A stretch of DNA of 64,000 nt, taken from positions 44,640,001-44,704,000 of the forward strand of contig NC_083282.1 in assembly GCF_963506605.1 (NCBI RefSeq), given 5' to 3'. The stretch is from Zootoca vivipara (lineage: Eukaryota). The notes below the pieces were generated by a model. That model was not told the DNA's origin, searched no databases, and saw nothing but the letters and a program-made list of their open reading frames with translations. Positions 26,124 through 36,809 of the stretch are shown here, in pieces. A program made the position numbers and the translations under genes. Within the stretch, counting starts at the first letter, position 1. Every line of letters begins with the position of its first letter.

Positions 26124-26212
26124 ATGGCCTCTCCTTGCTCAGCTGTCCTGCTAGGGGATTCAGCTGCCTTTGCTGCCGCCCTCAGGACTCTCATCAACAA
26201 CCCACAGTTCAG
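26124..26212 (+). CDS. BTBD19: BTBD19 exon 1 coding part (MASPCSAVLLGDSAAFAAALRTLINNPQF)
   Basis: Strong Kozak context accATGg; donor AG|gtgagc; 89 nt, phase 2; not in the ORF track. Confidence 0.9.
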
Positions 26213-27982
26213 GTGAGCCAGCTGGAAGACCCAGCTAAGAGAGCCTGGGGATCAAGATGGAGCTGGGAGTGAAGGCCACAACAGGGAGGTAAACTGGGGA
26301 GCAGCTTTTAAGTTAGCTCTGCCAGGCTGTTGAGCTGGGAAGATTCATAATACTGGGTCAAAGTCACTGTGAAGAGAAGAAACTGACCCCACCTTGCTCC
26401 ACTATCTGCCAATCTCTCTTGCAGAACTGGCTAATGACTGTCAAGGAAGAGTTATATGTTTGTAAGCGGTACAAAAATACTGTGGTGAGTGGTGACTGGT
26501 ACAACATATACTGGTGTTATCTTGGATCCTCTGCTTTTAGGGATCGTGAAAAGTGGGAGGGGATATCTGAGAAAGGTTTTTAAATTATCAAAGAAAGGGA
26601 AATTATCCTCGCACCCATGTGCAAATAATCTGATGAAATATTTTTATATGCATTCTTGGTGCAGGGTGGGGAGAGGCTGGAACAGTTTGTTTTTAAATCA
26701 CAGTTGTAATCTTTTTAGTGATAAGTCTATTGCTTTATCTTTTTGTAAACGACTCTGACTCCTCCCCTCCTTACAATCAAGTGGTATAATTTTTAATGAA
26801 ATAAATAAGCAGTTTAGAATACAAAATATGTTATCAAGGCATGTGTCAGCTGTTCCTATGAGCTTTTCTGTTGATGTTTTTTCATGTGGAGATGGTAGTA
26901 AAGGTGAAACCATATACTGTATACCAGAAGCACAGCATGAGTGATCGGCTGCGCATTATTGTGTCATCTGGGAATGCTTTGGCTACCCAAAATATCAAAC
27001 AATTCAGCCTTCACTTCACCAGTGTGATGCCCTCTTCTAGATGTTTTGACTGTCAACTCCTATCACGCCCAGCCTGCTTGCAGTTCAGAACATCTGGAAG
27101 GTGCCAGGTTGACAAAACTGGTTCAATTGATGGGCAGAGCAATCCTACAAGGGGCTGGGGATGTATGGAGTGGCAGATTCCTACCTTTCATCCATTGCCC
27201 TGCCCAAGGTAAGGGCCCTGTCCATGCTAGGATCCCCATCATGACACCATAGCACCCCACAGTGGGACTTTACACCTTGTTATCTGCCTCTTTCTGAGCT
27301 TTGCCTTTCATATAACACCTGAATCTATCTTTCATAAACAAGGGGGAGAAACGCTGGTGTAGCCTTGAGCACAGTTTACAGGCCAGGCCAGTGGGCTGTC
27401 CACACCAACATCTTGCTTTCAACAAACGTGGGATTATTTTGGCAACATGCTGCATGTCCTGCTGACCACTCTGATTAGCAGTAGTGTTGCTAGGTACTTA
27501 AAGGGTCACAAAACAGATCAGCAACAACCTGCATGAATATTATAAGGTACCTTAGACAAATGAAAATGGTAGGTGCCTCAGGTCTAACCATTGCTGCACT
27601 TAGATGCACATCCTGCGTTTTAAAAAGGGGGACCCTGCACAAAAAGCCAGAAGATCTGGGGGCCCGTACAAAAGACTCAGGGCTTCAGCCACCGAACCAA
27701 GAATGCCTTTGCTGGTTAACATCCACTGGATTTTCTGTGTTAATACTGATACTTGTTAGGTAATAGTTATTGAATAGATGCATCTTAAGCATCCTCTCCA
27801 AAGGTGCTACCCTCTTGAGTGAAGTGCTACTTACCGGGAACTTGGTACTCTAAAAGGTTCCATGTAATAGCTCTTAACTGCATGGAGAGCCTGTTATCTC
27901 TTGATTCCTGTTATGCAGTGCCTGAGCACACCCCCTTTTCCCAACAGTGATGATTGGCCCTTCAAACCCACTCCTGCTACAT

Positions 27983-28118
27983 CAGTGATGGGCAAACTTG
28001 GCCCTCCAGCTCTTTTGGGACTACAACTCCCACCATCCCTAGCTAACAGGACCAGTGGTCAGGGATGATGGGAATTGTAGTCCCAAAACAACTGGAGGGC
28101 CAAGTTTGCCCATCACTG
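27983..28118. mobile_element. Near-perfect palindromic hAT MITE (136 bp)
   Basis: 27-bp perfect TIR CAGTGATGGGCAAACTTGGCCCTCCAG; 8-bp TSD TGCTACAT. Confidence 0.93.
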
Positions 28119-29239
28119 TGCTACATGGACAACAACATTTTGACTGGAAAACAACATTTTGAAACAATTAGCTGCTTTCACCTGTTTTATTGATCAAATT
28201 GAGCCTGTGTGTATATGTCATGTTACCTCATCTGTGCCTCAGATGATGGGCCCAGGACCGAACCTAGGCTTCTCTCAAAGGATTCTCAGCCCTACTTCCT
28301 TGATTGCTTACTTGATATTGCATACAACATGAGATGGGCATTAAACCTGTGAAATTCATTTAAAAATTGGAGCTTCAATCAGTGCTAAAGCCCTAATTTG
28401 TTAATGCTGGTTGAGTAAAAGTTTGAGGATTGAGCATTAATTAGTTTCTTAGTATTACTTCATATGTTTAATTCAGCTTAGAACCAATAATCATTTTTTG
28501 TCCTCCAAGTCATCGGAAATGGCAGAATTTGAGGTGGAGATTTCCCTCCTTATTCAATGTGGGATGCCTTGCTTTCTGGAACTATCAAGATGTGTTTTTC
28601 TAAATGCTTTTCTTATCCGAATTGTGCTACTGGTACAGTGGTCACATTCCATGGTTTTCATCTGTAATAAACAGGATCTTTTCCTATTACAATATCTAAT
28701 TTAGAGATATAGCAATCGGGGATTCCATGGCACAAGTGAAGATTCTCTTCCCATGAAGAATTTGATCAGGATGTAAGGGATTTTTCTAGGGGCTTACCAT
28801 ACAAGATTGCATTATGTGGTTACTGAATATAGAGGTGTCTGCCTCTACATTCTAGATGAAATTTCAGTTTTTATCAGTTTATCATTTTTCCATACTTAAT
28901 TTCAATGCATCATATTTCTGCATCACTTTGATTAAAAAAAATGTCCCCCAAATTTGCAAGGAGATTTGTACATTGCAGTAGTGTTGATGAGGAGCTGTCC
29001 CAACTGCATGTGAGGAGACCATTTTATTCCTCCACTGAGGGTCTTTCCAGAGAGATGGTTTGTTTGGTTTTGCACAATGTTGATTCCTATTTGTTCCTTG
29101 GGGATTCAGAGCCTTTGCTGAATGAATACTGCATTTTCCTAGCTGTCAAACGATATTATGTTGTCATTGAAAAAAAATGAAATTTTCTCCTCCCTGTTAA
29201 CATGTCCATTGTGAACGAGAGTGCTGAATAGAATGTGCT

Positions 29240-29376
29240 CATGGGCATAGCCAAGGGGGTAGGCAGGGAGGGGCTGCCGCCCATAATTAATAAAAATAAA
29301 TAGAAATACATAGCAAACTGGGGTTCTGCCGCCTAACAAAAGGCCTGCCCCCCCAACAACCTTGGCTACGCCCATG
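29240..29376. mobile_element. hAT MITE (137 bp)
   Basis: TIR CATGGGCATAGCCAAGG / CCTTGGCTACGCCCATG; 8-bp TSD AATGTGCT. Confidence 0.9.
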
Positions 29377-30096
29377 AATGTGCTCGTGTGAATATTCCAG
29401 CCTCCTATGGATAGCACCTATGACTTAATTAGTTGCACATAGCATCATGGCGTATAATAATTATTATTATTAAAATAACAATATCATCACCAATCATTAT
29501 AACAATAATTATACTAGTGCAATATCTTCTTTATGGAATGCTTCCAACTAATAAAAAGACATATAACAGAAGGCTGCCTCCTTTGGTCTACAGTAGCAGA
29601 TGCTATTTTGTGGTACTTTCACTTTATATTGATTTAGTTTACATGCCATCTTCAACAATGGAACATGTGTGTCCCCTGCTTTTACTTTCAAGCGTTGGTG
29701 TCCCCCTGCCCTCCTGCAGCAAGGCTGCCACTTGCATGGTATTATTCAACTGGTGCTAGCTAAGGGCTGGGGAAAACCCAGGGAAAGTGCAGCTTATTTA
29801 GCAACTGATACTGTCTATATGTTACTGCGGCTGTTTGCGTTGGTGTAGTTAGCAACTGAGATGATTGTTTTGTTTCAGAGGAATTGACATTTTTACGAAC
29901 AGGTGTGAGTCAAAAGTGCAGATTAGTTTTCTGGTGCATAGAGGTCAGAGAGAAAGCCGCTAAGGTAATGGAAAATGAGGTGAAGTGCTGAGTCAATTAC
30001 AGAACAGGCCCTGCTGTGTCTACCTGAGTTTACATACCCATGTAAGGTGGCAGGAAAATCTTCCTACATCCGTGCTTCGATTCAGAGCAACTGTAG

Positions 30097-30269
30097 CAGG
30101 GCCTTTCTCTAGGGGTAGGCTGGGTGGCGCAGGGCGCCGGGTTGGCAGGAGGGCGCTGCGCGGCGAAGTCACGCAGAAACCACCAGCCACGGAAAGAAAC
30201 GGGGCGGGGGCACCGGAGCGATCTGCGCACCACGGCGCCCGGGCGCCCGACCTGCTTAAGACGGCCCTG
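30097..30269. mobile_element. GC-rich hAT-like MITE with damaged left end
   Basis: Right end GCTTAAGACGGCCCTG; GGCCTTTC present on both sides; CpG-rich interior. Confidence 0.65.
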
Positions 30270-30300
30270 GGCCTTTCTATAACTCTGGTGCCCTTACATA

Positions 30301-30644
30301 TAAAGGTAAAGGGACCCCTGACCATTAGGTCCAGTCGCGGATGACTCTGGGGTTGTGGTGCTCATCTTGCGTTATTGGCTGAGGGAGCCGGTGTACAGCT
30401 TCCAGGTCATGTGGCCAGCATGACAAAGCCACTTCTGGCGAACCAGAGCAGCACATGCAAATGCCATTTACCTTCCAGCCGGAGCAGTACCTACTTGCAC
30501 TTTGAAGTGCTTTTGAACTGCTAGGTTGGCAGGAGCTGGGACCGAGCAATGGGAGCTCACCCCGTCGCGGGGATTCGAACCACCAACCTTCTGATCGGCT
30601 AGCCCTAGGCTCTGTGGTTTAACCCACAGCGCCACCCGCATCCC
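30301..30644 (-). mobile_element. Sauria SINE, full length
   Basis: tRNA-like head with B-box GGTTCGAATCC and (ACCTTT)n tail on the minus strand; TSD TTACATATA. Confidence 0.93.
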
Positions 30645-31134
30645 ATTACATATACTGCACAATCGGGCAATTCATAACACTGCTTGGAACACAGAAGTAA
30701 GCATCATGTGGCTGCTTTACTTAAGCCCATGTAGATTGCCAAATTATTCCACTTCTACTTCATGCTGATCTGGTCATGTGCAGCCACTGCCATGTGTTAA
30801 ACTTATTCATCTTTTTTTCCATGTTGTGGCTTCCTGATCCCCTTCAGGCTCCATGCCCACCCACCCTTCAGAGTCCTATCCTGAGGCCAGCAGAATCCAG
30901 GTCACACTGGAGTGGAGAAGAGCAAGCCAGTCTGTACATTACATTAGCTACATAGATGTGCCTGCATTCGTGCACTTTTTACCCAAATTTCCAGAATGTC
31001 CCCCCTCCCCCACCCCCTGCAGCTCAAACCCAGCACCGAGGGGGTGGAGTTGTAAGGGGATTTTACCCCCTGGTTTGGTTCTGGATCAGATTAGAGTCAC
31101 CCACACCTGTAATTTGTAGTATTACAGGATATAA

Positions 31135-31375
31135 TAATGGCCACAAACATGGAAGGCTTTAAAAGGGGGTTAAACAAATCCATAGAGGATAAGGCTGTGG
31201 CTTCCAACCATGATTCTGGAGGTGGCATGCCTGTGAATACCAGCACAAATGGGGAGGGTACTATTGCTCTCAGGGCCTGTTTGTGAACTTCCCAGGGGCA
31301 TCTGTTTAGCCACTGAGAGAGCATGATGATGGACTTGATGGGCCTTCAGCCCGATCCGGCAGAGCTCTTCTGCTG
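31135..31375 (+). mobile_element. Old CR1-type LINE 3' fragment
   Basis: GGCTTTAAAAGGGGGTTAAACAAAT...GGACTTGATGGGCCTT...GATCCGGCAGAGCTCTTCT; related pieces at ~8940-8990 (-) and ~62735-62810 (+). Confidence 0.6.
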
Positions 31376-32253
31376 TAACATGTAGTTCGACCCCAGGAAA
31401 CAATACATGAAGCCCAGATAGTGTATTTACTGAGTTTGTTGAAACTGAGGAGGAACAGCGGGAAACCAAGTGCGCTATTAAAAGCCCTATTCAAGTGCTT
31501 TATGCTTTATTTCTAAAATGAGAACTGCTGGGTTAATGTTACATCCTCTGTCTGGGAAGCTCTTACTCCATTCTTTCTGTATGGTGACTGGCTTTGTTCA
31601 CGCAGTGTTGAAGAGAAGGCTCTCTGCTTAATGGGATTACTATTACTGCTTCATTTATTCTAGGACTAAATCTGGCACTCGGGTTGCCACCTGTCCCTAG
31701 AAAAATGTGATTGTCCTTTCTTGGGGGGGGGGGAATGTGTTCCCTGCCCTGTTTGGACTTCAAACAGGACACCTTTTTCATGTATTCAAGCACATTCTGG
31801 TCCTCCTCCTCCTTAAAACTATGTGGGCAGAGGGTGGGTCCGGTGGAAGTAAGTGAGCGAGAGCCTGAGTGGGAGTTTGTGCAGGCAGAAGGTGGGTCCA
31901 CGAGGAGGAGAGCTGAGAGCAAGAATTATTGCTGGACACAGGCAGAGGGTTGGGCGGCGCTGGGAGGAGCAGTTTGAGAGAGAGTTTTTGTGTGGGCAGA
32001 GGGTAGGTGTTTGCAGCGCACGGGTCTTATAGCCCAGCAAGGAGGGCTTGTGATGAAAAAGTGGTGGGCATGGAAGGGCTTCAGCACCAGCTGCTCTACA
32101 GAAGAAAAGGGGATGCTGCTGAACATGTTGGCCTACTGCAAATTTTATTTGAACACAGGCCAGCTGAACTCTGCAATATGGTTCTTAATGGGGAGAGTAG
32201 GGCAGGGTGTTGAGAAGTGTGCATGGTAAACTCACTGCCTGTTTTCCCCACAG

Positions 32254-32461
32254 TGATGTAACATTTCTGGTTGGCAGAGAGCAGAAGGAAATCTTTGCCC
32301 ATCGCTGCCTCCTCTCTTCCCGCTGCCAGGCACTCCATGCAATGCTAAGCCAGCCCCAGGAGATACAAGCCCCACTGATCCTGAGCCACATGCAGCCGGA
32401 GGTGTTCCTTGCAGTTATTGAGTATCTGTACACCAATAATGTCACCCTCAACAACAACATT
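32254..32461 (+). CDS. BTBD19: BTBD19 exon 2, BTB domain (DVTFLVGREQKEIFAHRCLL...YLYTNNVTLNNNI)
   Basis: ccacag| and |gtaagt, 208 nt; BTB signature. Confidence 0.95.
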
Positions 32462-34488
32462 GTAAGTATGACTTGTATTAGTACAGGCTTGGCTTGCAGT
32501 GAAGTGAGTCAATGGAGAATGGCTTAAAATTAGTAAATGGTATTATTAATGTGCTTATGAGGAAACACAAACCTTTTAAATCACCCTTGCAGATCAATTA
32601 AAAAATATGAGTCTTGACCGATCATAATAGGTCCTCCCTGCAACCTTTTCCATTGTGTGTCTGATTTTTACTGCTGGTCCTGTTTGCAGATTCAGTGTAC
32701 ACAATTTTAAATCATGGGTACTGTAAATATATATTTCTCTATAAAAAGTAACCCACACAGTCAATATTTTTGTTATTGTAGTTAAAAAGCAAAGGTTTTC
32801 GTCCATAAGATGATGATGATTGAAGTAAGCCGCTTCTGCTTATTATGTGCTATATTTATAATGGCAATCTGGTAAAACAGATATGTTAGTGATTATGCTA
32901 ATAATGGGGAGAGAGAGATAGAGAGATAGAGGCCCTCCTCATAGCAATCTATTCACCTGGAAAGAATCATTATGCACCCCACATACATGCTTAATCTCAA
33001 GGCTATTCTAAACCACAGAAAGGGCAGTAACCCCCCTGGTATAATGCAGCTGTTGCTTGGTTGAATGTGCTAACTCAGTTCTAGTAAAACAGTAGTGATA
33101 TTTGAAAGCTGAGTAGCATCAGTGTTTTAGTATTGGATTTGCTCCATCCTCTGCTGCATTGCCCTGTCTCTGTCTTGTATCACAGAGGCAGTGCTTTGAG
33201 CTGTGAAAATCCTGTCTCTTTTCACTGCAGAAGATCTAGAAATTGGGAGAGGAAGTGGGCTGGGTGTCTGTGCAAGAATGCTGACTTAATCAACCACCAT
33301 TAGCAGCTTCCACATAATTGGGTTGTTACTTAGGTTTTTCTTAATTTAAAAGCTGTTGAATCAGATCTGTGCATCTCCCAGTGATTTCAGGCTGCAGCCA
33401 AGTAAGGCAATGAAATTACTTGTGAGTCAGTGCAGTAGTTTCAAGATTATGTTTAGCACCTAAAATGGAGCAGCAAGCTCATAAAATGGAGGCTTTTTTA
33501 CTGGCAGAGATGAAGGAAAGTCTCTTTGATGAGCACCACGAAATCCAGTTCTCTTCATCAATGTAATATGTGTGGCACATCCTCTTTTTAGCTAACCCTT
33601 CTCTATTTTACGTTTTATTTTTAACAAATGTTTACGATAGGGGCTCTCTTTTTCACTTGTGCAGTGATTGTAGAATACTGTACAGATAATTTGGTCTGCG
33701 CCGTGCATTAGCAAGCAGGGAAGACCACATTTTTCTGTTAATGATTCAGGGACCTTTTCTTTGTTGGAAAGTTCCATCTGGATGAAGCTGTTTATTTGGA
33801 TGAGGGCGGATGGAGCTGTGGCCCTTCACCATCCCTGACCATAGGATATGTGGACTGGATCTGATTGGATTTGGGAGTCCAACAACACCTGCAGGTTCAC
33901 AGGTCCCCTGCCCTGATCTAGATTCACAGAAGTCTGTTCTGGGCTTGGTTTTGGGAAAGAAATTGCTGTCACCATGCTGGTTGAAAGTTTCAGTTTTGAT
34001 CTGTAGATATATTATTCTAGCATTGTTTTACTGTATATCAACCACTGTGGAAATATTCCTTCAGTAAGGGCGGGATATAAATATTGTAAACCAATCAATA
34101 TATTGTCATAGGAAGAAAGGGCCAACCTTAAGATTTGGGGGAAAACTTCCTGGTGTTAATCAGCAGATAGCTGCTGTTCAGGTACTGTTGCCTGCAGTAC
34201 TGGAAGCATCCAATGACTCCTGTGACTCAGCTTCTCCATCAGGAGCTGCCTCCACTGGATGCTGGATAATTCCAGTGAAAACAGGAGCAGAAATTGCCAA
34301 TGTTCACTTACACATCCTGTGTCTGGAATGCAAATCAATCCAGCAAATACGATTAGTACTCACTGATTTTATTTGCGACTCCAATTATTGTTTGTCACCA
34401 ATAAGTCTTTTTTGGGGGGTGCGGGGGGTGCTCCAAAGCAGGTTAAAATAAAAATAAACAAAATATCAATAATAAAGTGAATTCAGGT

Positions 34489-34603
34489 TACAGGTAGGAC
34501 TTCTGTTTCAGTGTATCTGAAGAAGTGTGCATGCACATGAAAGCTCATACCAATGACAAACTTAGTTGGTCTCTAAGGTGCTACTGGAAGGAATTTTTTT
34601 AAT
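34489..34603 (+). mobile_element. Penelope-like element terminal fragment (pseudo-LTR)
   Basis: CTGAAGAAGTG...GAAAGCTCATA...TTAGTTGGTCTCTAAGGTGCTAC resembles reptile Penelope termini; flanked by a 12-bp direct repeat GTGAATTCAGGT (34477-34488, 34604-34615). Confidence 0.75.
34513..34550 (+). ncRNA. Minimal type I hammerhead ribozyme motif (Penelope-associated)
   Basis: Stem I GTAT/ATAC, core CTGAAGA, stem II GTGTG-CATG-CACAT, GAAA, palindromic AGCT stem III, predicted cleavage after C34546. Confidence 0.7.
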
Positions 34604-34985
34604 GTGAATTCAGGTATGGTTGCACACAGCACTGTCTCTGTGTGAGTAGAACAGACTTCTCCTCACACAATGGGACATCACCTGCCCCCCCTTTCCCCTA
34701 CAACCCTCTGTGCACCCTTAATATTTGCTCTGTATTTGGAGGGGAACCCTCTGAAGCATATTTTTGTGGCACGAGTGCTGGAAGGGGGGAGGGTAGGAAG
34801 GCAAAGCCCCATTGTGTGAGCAGCAGTCTAATTGTGCAAGTCAAATTTTGCTCATAGAAACTTTCCAGAAAGCTGAAGGGCAAAAGACAGAAAATCAGGA
34901 TGGATTCAGACATGGGCTATCATTGCCAAGAGAATAGAGAGCATCAAGTACCGAGAGTGTACATTAATCACTCCTATGCGATTAC

Positions 34986-35343
34986 GGGACGTGGGTGGCG
35001 CTGTGGGTTAAACCATAGAGCCTAGGGCTTGCCGATCAGAAGGTCGGCGGTTTGAATCCCCGTGACGGGGTGAGCTCCCATTGCTCGGTCCCTGCTCCTG
35101 CCAACCTAGCAGTTTGAAAGCATGTCAAAGTGCAAGTAGATAAATAGGTATCGCTCCGGCAGGAAGGTAAACGGTGTTTCCGTGTGCTGCTCTGGTTCAC
35201 CAGAAGCAGTTTAGTCATGCTGGCCACATGACCCGGAAGCTGTACGCCGGCTCCCTTGGCCAATAATGAGAGATAAGCGCTGCAACCCCAGAGTCAGTCA
35301 CGACTGGACCTAATGGTCAGGAGTCCCTTTACCTTTACCTTTT
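34986..35343 (+). mobile_element. Sauria SINE, full length, ending ~15 nt before BTBD19 exon 3
   Basis: GGGACGTGGGTGGCGCTGTGGGTTAAACC head, B-box, tail CCCTTTACCTTTACCTTTT. Confidence 0.94.
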
Positions 35344-35358
35344 ATGTTTTGACTATAG

Positions 35359-35412
35359 GCCCTGGAGGTCCTGACTTCATCCATAGAGTATGGGCTGGAT
35401 GACCTCAGAAAG
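35359..35412 (+). CDS. BTBD19: BTBD19 exon 3 (ALEVLTSSIEYGLDDLRK)
   Basis: ctatag| and |gtaagg, 54 nt; similar to human VLEVLTAAVEYGLEELRE. Confidence 0.93.
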
Positions 35413-35785
35413 GTAAGGACTATGCTTTGTGTCACTTATGGTAAGTTGATTCTTCACGAGGTGTATTTGTAATGTAATTATTTCTGCTTGTATATTACAG
35501 GGTCTAAGATTTTTTGCTCAATGACACAGCCTCTGGGATGCAGCGGGGGCATGTTATTGGCTGCTTTAAAATAGCCTGCTGATGATTGAACCCAGATTCC
35601 CCTAATCCTTATCAGTGGATCCCACACAGACATGCCTTCCATTGTGTGCTCTGTTTCACAATGAAAGGAGAATCCCACAACTGTGGGTGCTAGAAGGCCA
35701 GATCCATACAGTGTCCTCTGTCTGTATCCAAACCTGGCAATGTTAAACTTTGGGGTGGGGTAGTCCAATCTGCTTTTGGATGCAT

Positions 35786-35808
35786 TAAAAGGGTAAAGGG
35801 ACCCCTGA
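35786..35808 (-). mobile_element. Isolated Sauria SINE tail fragment
   Basis: TAAAAGGGTAAAGGGACCCCTGA is nearly identical to the tail at 30301-30321. Confidence 0.6.
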
Positions 35809-36809
35809 TGTGGTGAGCAACCCATACTGAGCAACCCATACTTGGAGATCCTTCCTGACCATTCTGTTGAGCAAGGGCTCTGGACTCTGCCCCAAATCCT
35901 CTTCTAATGACGCCACTGATACTCAGGGAAGTGTTTCACCTTTCTAGCTTCCTCCTGTCTATGATATTGGGGGGGGGAGGTAAATCAATGATAGTTTTGT
36001 AAATGAAAGATGGAAAGAAAAATGCTTGCTACTGACAGTTACTATTAAGCTGTTTTGACTGAATTGGAACCCCTGTCCCTTCAACTCCTAGAGTTTAGTG
36101 GGCAGTAATGTTGGACTCAATGACTGACCTTACGTTGGGCCTGCCTTAGATGTTTATTTTCCACTAGCTAGTGCCTTCTAGCAGCCGCCTACAGAAACTC
36201 AAGCATCTGTGTTACATTACGTGTTGATTTCACTGTTGTGGTTGGGGTGGGGGCGGGAAACCTTTCTTCTTGGTTCTTTCTCACTTGTTTCAGAGGAACC
36301 TTGGCTAGGGGAATTGTGAGGGGAATAGAGGTAGGGAAGCCCCATGACAAACCTTGCAAAACAGAAACTCTCTGCTTTTAGGAACAAAGAACTTGCCTTA
36401 TCTTTACAGGAGACATGGAAGCAGAGTGCACTGGCAGTTTTCAGGTTCACACCAGCCATGAAAAAAATACACCACGCCAGTACTGTCAGCAAAGCAGCCT
36501 TACATTGGCAGATTCCTGCTAGTCCAGGAGCTGCCAAACACTGTAAAATTATGTTCTAATTGCTCCAGTAAAATTCGCTTTATTCAGGAAAAACTAACCT
36601 GGACGGTTCCTGATTCTGACTGCACTTTGTGTCCATTTTGGACAACTTCCAGATCCCCTCCAGTTGTCCTGATTGGGAGCATCAGAGGCTATAGTGTCAC
36701 CTGCTAGGAGCCAGACCAGGTGGGTGCTGCTCCTGGCCCCAATGAATCGAGTGCCTCCTATGCTCCCTCGCCAGTTCATTGGTGCAGGGCGTGCATGAGG
36801 TACCATGGG

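Noticed and set aside
29985-30662. ORFs of 64-119 aa
   Set aside because: They lie within the GC-rich MITE and the Sauria SINE
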